Source: Ginglymostoma cirratum
Taxonomy: Eukaryota
Direction: 5' to 3'
Assembly: GCA_024137785.1 (NCBI GenBank)
Contig: JAHRHZ010000271.1
Coordinates: forward strand, 25,342,554 to 25,406,553
Length of the DNA stretch: 64,000 bases
Below are positions 52,065-62,589 of the stretch, piece after piece; position 1 is the stretch's first letter, and each line of letters begins with the position of its first letter. Below the pieces are notes generated by a model. The model was not told the DNA's origin, did no database searches, and saw nothing but the letters and a program-made list of their open reading frames with translations. The position numbers were made by a program, and so were the translations under genes.

Positions 52065-52690
52065 AGGGGTTGAGTTTAAAAGCAGAGAGGTTATGTTGCA
52101 GCTGTACAAGGTGCTGGTGAGGCCACACCTGAAATACTGTGTGCAGCTTTGGTCTCCTTATTTGAGAAAGGATGTACTGGCACTGGAGGGGGTGCAGAGG
52201 AGGTTCACTAGGTTGATTCCGGAGTAGAGGGGGTTGGCTTATGAGGAGAGACTGAGTAGATTGGGATTATATTCATTGGAATTCAGAAGATTGAGGGGGG
52301 ATCTTATGGAAACATGTAAAATTATGAAGGAAATAGATAAGATAGAAGTAGAGAAGATGTTTCCACCGGCAGGTGAAGCTAGGACAAGAGGGCATAGCCT
52401 CAAGATTAGAGCGAGCAGATTTAGGACTGAATGGAGAAGGAACTTCTTCACCCAGAGGGTTGTTAATCTGTGGAATTCCTTGCCAAGTGAAGTAGTTGAC
52501 GCTACTTCAGTAAATGTTTTTAAAGCTAAGGTAGATTTTTTTGAACAATAAAGGAATTAAGGGATACGATGAGAGCGTGGGTAAGTGGATCTGAGTCCAC
52601 GAAAAGATCAGCCAAGATCTTGTTGAATGGCGGAGCAGGCTCGAAGGGCTGGAAGGCCTACTCCTGCTCTTAGTTCTTATGTTCTTATGT
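52065..52690 (+). mobile_element. Relatively young 5'-truncated CR1 LINE
   Basis: LQLYKVLVRPHLKYCVQLWSPYLRKDVLALEGVQRRFTRLIP, then open frame 52234-52551 (YEERLSRLGLYSLEFRRLRGDL...FFTQRVVNLWNSLP); tail (gttcttat)n. Confidence 0.93.
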
Positions 52691-54554
52691 TGAACTAAGC
52701 AATCCTCGTTAAAACACTTCTTTTTTTCCTCCTTGCGTCTCTATTTCTGCTGATCCTCAATATGCTCATCAAGATTTCAGTGGAATAATCTTTCCCTGTT
52801 CTATTTCAAAAATATGAATTCTTTTGGAGACCACTAAGATGACCTTAAGCCCGAATTTAATGTTCCATATTCTAATGAAAAAGCCAAGACATTTGAACCC
52901 TTTTTTAAAATCCTACAGTCCTGTATCCTCCCATAATTTTAATGAATCTTTGCTAGATTCTCCCTGTGCTTTTACTTCCCTAACTATAGTGCAGTGTTAG
53001 GAGCTCAATATCTCAAACAGTGTCATCAAAATTTAGTATAATGTTGTGGCATTTACATTGATTGTAATATTCACAATTTCATTCTTTATGGGCTATTTGC
53101 CCTTGCTTCAGCTCAGTAAATGCTAGCATGTCTGCAGCTATCTTTCTTCAGTCTGTGAAGTCTCCTCACTGTTCAAGTTTACTCTATTACTTCACCACTC
53201 TAAGTATTGAACTACATCTGACACCTTTCTGGTCACTGCTTTCTACCTGTATCTTTTTCATACTCTTGCTTTATTATATGCCTGATTTATTTTTACATCA
53301 AACTTTTCATCATTCATTTTATACCAAGACCAAATAATCTGCATCCGTGCAAAACAAATCAGGCCTTAGTGCTGAGAGACACAACTCGTACCTTGCCAGT
53401 TTAAAACAAAATCACTTACATATACCTGCTATCTATTTCCTGGCTGTCTGCGGCATTTTTTATGTTTCTTTTAATCCCGTGTGCCTTAATTTTCATATCC
53501 CTCTCCAAAATCAATTTATCTGGTAAGATATTTTAATGTCTTTTCAACAGTCTGTACTGATCAGGAGAACTGGTTTTGAAGAGTTACTCAGCAGGATGAG
53601 GGAGTTGAATTCACTTTCACAAATTGAAGCTGAACAACCTTGGGTTAACGTATCATGTTAATTTAGTTCTTACAGTCTCACTAATTCATCAAATCCCACT
53701 GCCCTGAACAAGTGACAGCATGTGCTATTTTAACAACTTTTCTTTCCAAAATTAATCAAAATAGGTAGCAGAGAATTTTTTGTAACCAACAACCATTGTT
53801 AAGAGATCCTGATTTGAGAGCCTCCTATTTAGAGGTTGCAAGTATTTCATCTTTATATGGGTACTGTATTCATTAACTTTAGATTGTTTGTTTTATTTAA
53901 CTTTAATTGGTGCAATCTATATATTTATGTATTGTACTGTTTGGTCAAATCAAAACAAAACAAATGATATACTTAACCAAGTTGATTAATTCTGATTTAT
54001 GGCAAACTCTTTAATACGTCATAGGATTAGTTAATTCCAGAAAACTTTGTACTTTTGATGTGCAGTAGTTTAATTTGTTAAAGTGTATTTCCACATTTTA
54101 AACTAATTGACAAATGTACTTTATCTGGATGCCAATTGTCTTCCAGCAGTAGTGCAACAATAGCAGATATCTGAACTTTAGGTTAAGATTGAGACTGAGG
54201 GAAGGAAACTCCTCCAAGTTGTCAAATTATCTGCATTGATCCTAAAATATTTAATGTGTAGCAATGTGAATCGGGTATTGTCTGAATAATTGTCTGGTAT
54301 AAAGGAACTTTCTCATTTACCATGCCCCATTCTTATTTTTTTATTCAACATTATACAAATAACGAGGCAGCCATCCTAATGTGCGGGTAGGATAGTTTGG
54401 AGGCTGTCATTTTAAAGGCTTACTGTCTAGCAGGTTGTATGTTGACCTTTGGCCTTCCCTCCCAGTTTCTCCTGCTATCAACAGCAGTGATTCCTGACGC
54501 TGCCAATGTCCCAGGAAAACTTTAGAATCGTCTTTTTTCTTTCTTTTGTTCAAG

Positions 54555-54900
54555 TAATGTGGGTATTATTAGCAAAGCCAGCGTTGGTTGCCTATCCCTA
54601 ATTATATTTGAACTGGGTGGCTTGCTAGACCATTGCTGTGATTTTGCAGTAACATGTAGGTCAAACTGGATACGAAGAACAGATTTCCTTCCCTGAAGGA
54701 CATTGGTGAACCAGTTGGATTTTGTTTATGGTAATCGTAGTTCCATGTTCACCATTACTGACAATTGCTTTCAACTTCAGATTTATTAATTGAGTTTAAA
54801 TTCCACCAGCTGCCATAATGGAATTTCAACCCACATCACAACAGCATTGGCCTGGGCTGTTGGATTATTGTTGAGAGACATTATTGCTGTGCCACCATCT
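54555..54900 (-). mobile_element. tRNA-derived shark SINE (20380 family)
   Basis: cctatccctaatt...cagatttccttccctgaaggacattggtgaacc...aaattccaccagctgccataatgg. Confidence 0.7.
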
Positions 54901-55479
54901 CGGAGGCAGACAGCACAGAAAAGGCTCTTTGGCCCATCGTGCCTGCACCAACATAACGACCATTAAAGGTGCGCTAATCCCAACTTCCTGCACTTGTTTC
55001 ATATCCTTGAAACGTATCCTTTCTAGTGCTCATTCAAATATTTTCAAAAGGTTATAAGGCAGTGCATTGCAGATTCCCACCAGGCTCTAAGTGGAAAAAG
55101 TTATTTCTCCACTCCCCAAAATCATTGCTTATATGTAAATTTGGCTTTGTTGCAAACATTTACAAATCAATTGAGTTTAGAATTTTGTAAGGTGGTCATG
55201 ATGCATTTCTGGTTCAAAGACACCTTTTCTCTTTTTCCTCGTTCAGTGAGTCTGGAACTCACTCTGACGTCGGCATGTAGCTTCTAAGCTTGCACGTTCT
55301 TCCATTAACCGACCAGCCATGGTGTGTCCTTTTGTCCTCAAGCCAGGATTTCAAAAAGTTTACAACTTTGACTGAACTCAACTGTAGGCATGTGACCATT
55401 AAAACTACAAGGATATGTGGTGTACCAGTGATAATCCCAAATCAGTAAATATTGTCGAAGAGTAAGAATAGAATCATAG

Positions 55480-55700
55480 AATTCCTGCTAGAAACCCACC
55501 TAAGCTCCACATTCCTGAACACTACAGACAATTTAGCATGGCCAATCCACCTAGCCTGCACTTCTTTGGACTGTGTGAGGAAACTGGAGCACCCAGAAGA
55601 AACCCACGCAGACACGGGGAGAATGTGCAAAGGGTGGAATTGAACCCAGGTCCCTGGCACTGTGAGGCAGCAGTGCTAACCACTGAGCCACTGTGCCATC
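55480..55700 (-). mobile_element. HE1-like SINE
   Basis: Reverse strand ggcacagtggctcagtggttagcactgctgcctcacagtgccagggacctgggttcaattcc (A/B boxes) plus V-domain-like gcacattctccccgtgtctgcgtgggtttc...cagtccaaaga. Confidence 0.85.
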
Positions 55701-56289
55701 TCAAGCATTTTCAAACTGTGTGTGTTGCTGAGGTGCATTGCTGTCAGCCGGGCTTCAGAATGTGCCATCTAGGTAACATTTCTTCCCTATGTACTATTTC
55801 ATTGGAATAAATTCAGAAAAAATGTTTGAAGAATTGTATGGTTCTGAGCGATAGCTGCTCGAGATTTAACTCTTGTTTACCTGGCCTGTGTTGCACCTAT
55901 TTTATCTTGTAATTTTGCGGCTAAACATTTTAATTGGTCACCAGAAGTTCGTGGTTGGTTTTCTCCAGGACAACATTAAGGGCTATCAGCCCCTAAGTTA
56001 ACCTAACTACAAAATCCTAACCACAAATTAATTGGTCTTTTTAAGTGGACTCATAGAAAATTGCCGCTCTGTCCAAAATAGGAAGTATATTCAAAGATTA
56101 AAAAAATACAAATATTATATGCACTCTAACAAATCTAGTTTTAAAAAACAGTTAGTGGCAAATTTTATTTGAGTCTAGGTTTTCTCTTCTAACTCTTTCC
56201 TCTTTGTAGTCTGGCATGGAAAGAAACAGATGCTCTTCCTGGATTTTGAACAGAATTGATACATGCTTCAAGGAGGACTGTTAGAAGGG

Positions 56290-57220
56290 AATGCAGGCGG
56301 TGACAGATGAAGGGTCATGGGCGAATTGTGAAGTTACCCATTTGGCAGAAAGAATGGCAAAGCAGAATCTTAAAAAATCAGAGATTAGTATATGTTGTTT
56401 TGCAGGGAATTCTTGCACGCAAATTACAAAGGTAAAATGTAGTTATAGCAAGCAAATAGGCAAATGGTGTGTTAACCTTCACTGTAAGTAGATTGGAATA
56501 AGGAAGCCTTGCTGCAATTATATAGGTCTTTGCTGAAACACAGTCTATAGTATTGATCTCTCTGCTCAACTAAGGATACGAGGTGGATGTTCATAAATTT
56601 TGGGAATGTTGGGGTACAAAAAGTGAAACTTCCCTACAATTGGTCTGTGTTAATAAGAAGACTCTCCTTCCATTTTTAACAAGCAAAATGAACATTTAGT
56701 TAAAGATATATCTCTTTTGAAACCATGAGACTCCCTGCTATGGGCAAATACATGGTATATCGAATCACATTATAATGGGTTTCTATTTTCCTTGCATTAG
56801 AGTAGCAGAAGTGTTCATTTGATTGAGGTATGGGATGAGAGATGCTTCCTTTGAGGTGAGATCAAGGCAACTAAGTTTAGAAGAATGAAAGGTGATCTTG
56901 TTGAAATGTCAAAACTTCTTAGAACACAAAAGGATACATGCTGAGAGGCTCTGTCTCCAAGTTGGAGAGTCCAGAGCTAGGTGCCGTTGTCTCACATTAA
57001 GGAATTAGCCATTTCGGATTGAGATCAGAAATAAATGTCAAAGTCTGTTTACTGTTCTGTACTGAGAGAGCCGTGAATGGTCAGTCTAAGTAATGACTAA
57101 GATCAATAGATCTTTGGCTGCTAACCAGTTCAAGTGGAATGAAAATAGAACAGGAAAATGGAGTTGGTGTAGAAGTTTGGCTGTGAGTGGCTTGAATGGC
57201 AAAGCAAGTTCAATGCCTGG
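56290..57220 (+). mobile_element. Two degenerate CR1 3' fragments
   Basis: tgtgaagttacccatttggcagaaagaat...gctgcaattatataggtc; tttagaagaatgaaaggtgatcttgttgaa. Confidence 0.6.
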
Positions 57221-58372
57221 AGGTAAAAGTTTTGATGCGTTATGTACTCATTTAATTTGACAACTACACTTAGAGTACAATTTTTTGGCATATGTAGATT
57301 GAAAAGTTGAATTGCATTTTAACCTGAGAAAGGCAAAAGGGCAATTTGAGTCAAAAGGTAAGACGTTAGTGTAATTAGAGGTAAGTTGGAATCTTATTGC
57401 AGCTTTATTTAAATTACTTAATGATCCAGGAAAGAATCAAGATGGTACTGTATCGAAGATGGGTATGTTTGGTTTGCTAATTTGCTTACATTGTTTATAG
57501 CTTTCAATATGAAACCAGTCCATTACAGGTTATGTGCATCAAGGTGGAAAACTAGCAAAAGCTGACTGACAATTCCAAAAACGATGACTTGTCAAAGAAC
57601 ACTCGATGTGAAGACGAGGAATTGTATTGGAGATGGATTGAGACCAGGTTTATCATAACGTAAATTCTAAATGCAGCCAATCATTAGATCACATTAATCA
57701 CAGGTAAGTAATCTAAAGTGCGCAAAAAGGATGGGTTTTCATCAACGGTGAATTTAGATATGACTCATTGTCAAATTGACCCTTTTAGTGTTGTCACCAT
57801 TCTATGAACCTATTATGTGAATGTCAGTGCTGGAAGGTGTGAAATTGTTGCTATTTTAAAAGTACAAAGAGGAATTATTGCAGGGATTTTAGTAAAACTT
57901 TGGAGGTCCCAATCCTTTCACTTGAAACCTATGTCTTGGTACATCATCTTAATTTGTAAGCTCAGACATTTTATAATGCATTTTTACTAATCTTCAACCA
58001 TCAGTACTTCACACAGACATGAAGGAAAAAGTGGTTTACTGTTGAATCCATCCATTTCTCAAGCTCTGTGGCATCCTAAAGGGGTGTGCTTATGATTTCT
58101 GACATTGCAGTCTTTTAACTGCTGCAGAAAATTTTGTTTGGAGTTGGATTTAGGAGAATGATGCATAACACATATTGATGGAGGATCACACTCAAACATA
58201 AATCTGTTTTGCTTTTTTTTTTGAAGATAGTTGGAGATCAACCTTAATGTTATCTCAATTTTTCTTTTTAACCTTAATAAGATTGAGACTAGAAACAGTA
58301 CAACTGAGTGGTATGGCATTTTCCAGTTCATCATTTCAGCACAAGCGTTAACCCAATGAAAAATTATCTGAG

Positions 58373-58499
58373 AAGGGGTCACCGGACCCGAAACGTTAAC
58401 TCTGTTTTCTCCTTCACAGATGCTGCCACACCTGCTGAGCTTTTCCAGCAACTTTGTTTTTGTTCCTGATTTACAGCATCTGCAGTTCTTTTGGTTTTT
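58373..58499 (+). mobile_element. Penelope-like terminal fragment
   Basis: ggggtcaccggacccgaaacgttaactct...cacagatgctgccacacctgctgagcttttccagc; 14-bp TSD AAAAATTATCTGAG at 58359-58372 and 58500-58513. Confidence 0.8.
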
Positions 58500-58534
58500 A
58501 AAAATTATCTGAGCTGACTTTTTTTTGTTTATTT

Positions 58535-58890
58535 TTGCATGAAATGTGGTGCTCTTAGCAAGGTTTTTGCCTGGGCCTAGCTGGCTTTGACCAACCCATT
58601 TCAATTGACAGTTAAAAGTCAACCACATTGCAGCAGACTGGAAGTCACATGTACGCCAGACCAGGTAGGGATGGCAGATTTCCTTTTGTAAAGCTTGTTT
58701 GTGAATCAGATGAGTTTTTACTGCAGTCAACAAGTATCCTGGGCATCACAGAAACTAGTTTTAAAATCCCAGATTTTATCAATTGAATCCAAATTCCGTC
58801 AGCTGCCGTTGTAGGATCTGAACCCATGTTGGCAGCACGTTAAGTCTGGCCCTCTGGAATACTGGTCCAGTAATATTGCCACTGCATAAC
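58535..58890 (-). mobile_element. tRNA-derived shark SINE (20380 family)
   Basis: agtcaaccacattgc...gtcacatgta..ccagaccaggtagggatggcagatttcc...tgaacccatg...ctctggaatactggtccagt. Confidence 0.7.
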
Positions 58891-59550
58891 CAATTCTCTG
58901 TAATCTCCACATCACTGCTGAAATAACCTTCGATTTTTGCCCCACGTTAATTTGAATGGTTGACAGCCTGTAGTCTGAATGAAAAAGAGTTGATTTCTGA
59001 ACTGCTGACGAGGTAAGCGTTTGTGATGCAATCCCAGTTTTAAAACTGATTTAAAAAATTTCCTTCAGTGCCAGGATTCCAATTAGAGCAATCGTGTGTT
59101 ATCACTGTACAGTTCCTTCTGTATTTTTTACTCTGTGGTGGGAGTTGGACTGCTGTGAAACTTTCATTGAGTTTGGATATCCTCTGGTCCTGCCATTGGG
59201 AGTCTGACTTTGCACAGTTTTAAGTCACCAGCAGACTTCACTCCATTGTAGCCACCACTACTTTATTAATATTTGTATGCTGTGTAAAAATAATTTGCAA
59301 GTCTGGAATACTAGACACAATGAGATTGTGAATTTTATTTTTTAAAAGTTAAAATTTTAAACTAAAGTTTTAATAACCCTGCATTGTCAGATTTCAGATC
59401 TATAGGACCCCCAATCCCAACCCAGTCTCTGTCTCTGTGTCTCGCTCTGGCTCTCGCACCCTCTCTGCCCGCCCACTCCCAACTCTCTCTTTCTCGCTCC
59501 CGCCCCTGCCCCCCCCCGACTCTCTTCCCGCCCCTGCCATTCTCCTCCCC

Positions 59551-59560
59551 NNNNNNNNNN
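59551..59560. other. Assembly gap (10 N) inside a C/T-rich low-complexity tract
   Basis: n run flanked by polypyrimidine sequence. Confidence 1.
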
Positions 59561-59799
59561 CCCATGCCTTCCTGCCTACAGAGTGATGGACTGGCCTGAG
59601 ATCCCAGCTATTGCCGGTTGTGCTGTAAGCTCATTGCTCAACCAGAAAGCTACTGTATCTTTCCTACATGTAATATGACCTGTTGTGTTTTCTCTCCCAA
59701 ATGTTCTCCATCTGTTCCAAAAGACTCGTCTTTGGAACCTTCACTTTACTGACACATCCTATCATCACATTGCCTCTTTATTGTTTGTCTTGTGACTTG

Positions 59800-61470
59800 T
59801 GTAATTCTGATAAGTGGAACTGAGAAAGACAGTACATTACTGAAGTTACACTTTGCTCCATGTGAGAAGGCTTTGTAATGAAACAAGAAATCAGACTGTG
59901 AAACTGTGAAGTGAACAGAGCTGGTAGTGTGTGGGAGGGGGATTCTTAGCATTGTTGTGGTGGATTAGGTACTGGTCATAATTTCAGCTGGTTCTACAAC
60001 TTGTTGGGAAAATATTTAGTACAGGCGACTCTTTTCATAAATAATGCCACCTGCAAAAAAGAACAATTATGCCAATCTCTGAGGTGAATCTCATTTCCAG
60101 ATTTCACAATTTTGTTTTTTAAAGCATCAGAATTGCCTGTAGTATTGATATTTACATAACGGCAAGAAAAAGAGAGACTTGAGCTCATTTTTGTTGGAAC
60201 TGTAACAGTTAACAGATGTGTACAGAACCGTCTCAGTCCTCCATTATATGTTTCTTCTAGGCTCGACAACAAAGTGCAAATAATTAAGCAATTCATCCTG
60301 TATGTTACTGACAGTTATTTCTATCTATAGATTTATCAATCCTTGCTCTTGCATGAAATCTACTTTTATTTCAATTTCACTGTTACTGAATTTGAGTAAG
60401 TGGTTCAACCATCCACTTATCTTAAACTCAGACCGATGAAGTGATTTAAGGGGTTGGCTGGATGTTTCAATCACAGATTCTATAATCAGTTAAACGCTGG
60501 TGGAGCTGAGTGAGTAGTGACTGCTGGTGAGTTGCTGTTGCCTCTCATAGCCTTGTGTTCCACTGTAAAATGGTTACTTAATTGATGTGTTGATGATTTA
60601 AGGTATGGTATTTCATTCAACTTCATATGATCTACCATTTGATCTGAAAGAGAAAGTAGCTGCAAAGCTAACCTTTGATTGGAAATTTGTGATGTACTTT
60701 CAATGGTGTATTTTTTGTACAAGCAGAAATTATTAATCTTTTTAATTTTTGAAAGACCATGGAAGAATATGTCCTATTTTTATAAGTAGATTAATACACT
60801 CTCATGATTCTTTAATGGAAAATAACTCAAATACATTGGTGCTTGCTAGTGACTTAAGTAGTCCAAAAAAGATGTGCAGGTTAGGTGAATTGGCCATGCT
60901 AAATTTCCCATAGTTTCCAGAGCTATGTGGGCTAGGTGGATTAGCTATGGGAAAAGGAGGGTTACAGGCATAGGGTGGTGGGGGCTGTGGGTCTGGGTGC
61001 ATTGCTCTTTGGAGGGTTGATGTGGACTCAATGAACCAAATGAATTCCACACTGTGGGAATTCTATTCCATGATTATATAACATTGGTGTAATTATTCAA
61101 TAATAGTTTGACGTGTTCTCTCTTTCCAGAAATGTAGCTTTGCAATGATTTCTTGCGATTTGCTTTCACATAGTAAAGTCTGTACGGCATCTTGAGAGCT
61201 GATATCATTTGTCCTTTTTGCAAGTTAACCTTATTTTCAAAATAGCTGTTGTATTCACTGTGAACATTTTCCCAACAGTCTGTTCAATGAGTGAAATTAC
61301 TTCAATACACAATCAACTACAATAGTTGAAAATCCCCCTCCCTTTCATCAGCATGCAGCTCTGTTCACTTAACAGTTTTGAGGTCTAATTTTTCATTTCA
61401 TTACAAACCATTCTCACATGGAGCAAAGGTGACACATTATGACAAGATATTATTCAACAGTAAATATCTT
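59800..61470. repeat. Long degenerate inverted repeat, interrupted by an HE1-like SINE
   Basis: Perfect reverse-complement blocks: 59851-59868/61411-61428 (18 bp), 59872-59883/61396-61407, 59909-59923/61356-61370, 59933-59944/61331-61342, 60002-60013/61266-61277. Confidence 0.9.
60842..61080 (+). mobile_element. 5'-truncated HE1-like SINE
   Basis: agtccaaaaaagatgtgcaggttaggtgaattggccatgctaaatt...tccacactgtgggaattcta; possible TSD ACATTGGTG at 60833-60841 and 61081-61089. Confidence 0.75.
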
Positions 61471-62000
61471 TGTCTACAAGAATTCAGATTTGTGCATTAG
61501 GAAATAACTTACATTTATAATGTGGTGTGTTGCACATCCAGAATGCTTATTAAGAAAGAGTCATGTTAAAGTGCTATCGTGTATTATATCAACAATCGTG
61601 TCAGCTAATGTGCAAACAGCAAAGAGCATGAATGACAAGGTAATCTATTTTCTAACTGATATAAGAAGGTTGGCCATGACATTGGGAGAACTCATTACTT
61701 TATATAGTGCTATTAAATACTCTCATAGCCAATTGAACTAATAATTGAACCTTTGTTTGTCTTATCTGGAAGATAGCATGTATAATATGTTCATTCTTTA
61801 GTACTGAAATGTTAGCGTAGGTGATATGCTAGCGTGCATGATGCTTGAAGCTGCAATCTCTGATAGACAGATGCAAAGCTGCTACAAACTGGGCCAAGCT
61901 GATGAAAATGATTGGCATTTGTCCAAGTAAGATTGTCATAGATTCCAGTCACCTTAATCCCCAAGAGTACCTTGTTAAAAGCACAGAACTACTTATCAAG

Positions 62001-62037
62001 CTAACTTTGATTTCTGTTTTGATCCTTTCCCATTTAG
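62001..62037 (+). promoter_or_regulatory. Branch point, polypyrimidine tract and 3' splice site of the plexin exon
   Basis: CTAAC at 62001-62005, then tttctgttttgatcctttcccatttAG. Confidence 0.75.
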
Positions 62038-62238
62038 GATTGTCCACAGCTGGTGCCCTCTGATGAGATTCTTATCCCAGTTGGAGAGGTGAAACCAATC
62101 ACATTAAAAGCACGGAACCTGCCACAGCCGCAGTCTGGGCAACGGGGATATGAATGTATACTCAATGTACAAGGAGTAACCCAACGAGTGCCAGCTCTCC
62201 GATTCAACAGTTCGAGTGTTCAGTGCCAAAACAGTTCG
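62038..62238 (+). CDS. PLXNA2: Internal coding exon of plexin-A2-like receptor (end of second PSI domain into the following TIG/IPT-like domain)
   Basis: Translates to [67 protein letters not shown] (67 codons). The plexin-A signature [14 protein letters not shown]...ALRFNSSS is present, and [21 protein letters not shown] fits PLXNA2 better than PLXNA1/A4 as I recall them. Flanked by a pyrimidine tract + AG (62036-62037) and GT (62239-62240). Confidence 0.93.
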
Positions 62239-62475
62239 GTAAATAGATAATTTGTCTCTGACTTGATGTATTCAGTTTGTAGTCATGCAGAAGTTAAGTA
62301 TAAGTCAGATTTTAGTCTAGACATTGCCACAGCACACCATATTAAGTATTGATCATTCTGAAGGAATGGCCATGCTCCTTCATAATCTACAAGAGATTAA
62401 CTAAATTGGAATCTTTTAAAACTTGAACCAATTTTGTTCACTAGATTTAACCGTAAGGCGATTATGTTGAATAAA

Positions 62476-62589
62476 CAAAAACCTTTCTGCTCTGAGGAAG
62501 GGTCACCGGACCCAAAACATTAACATGGATTTTTCTTCACAGATGCTGCCAGACCTGCTGAGCTTTTCCATCAACTTCTGTTTTTGAAC
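62476..62589 (+). mobile_element. Penelope-like terminal fragment downstream of the exon
   Basis: ctgaggaagggtcaccggacccaaaacattaac...cacagatgctgccagacctgctgagc; TSD GTTGAATAAA at 62466-62475 and 62590-62599. Confidence 0.8.

Larger units (their letters stand above)
1..62037 (+). other. PLXNA2: Very large intron (>62 kb) upstream of the plexin exon
   Basis: I did not find the expected preceding exon (C..C..CHWCKY..CT..CSFQEGR) by eye. The region is TE-rich with no other convincing host ORF. Confidence 0.65.

Noticed and set aside
55630-55700. tRNA-like A/B boxes
   Set aside because: Head of an HE1-like SINE, not a tRNA gene.
58059-58733. 224-aa minus-strand ORF
   Set aside because: Chance read-through of a SINE, a Penelope terminal fragment and AT-rich flank; no protein-like motif.
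1-62000. Additional plexin exons
   Set aside because: I checked CAYTGGTGY and TTYCARGARGG-like hits (e.g. 25551, 61082); none continue in a plexin frame. A short exon could still have been missed.
62053-62250. ORF-track call of a standalone 65-aa protein
   Set aside because: It is the internal plexin exon. The true limits are the splice sites 62038-62238, and the 'start' is an internal GTG (Val).
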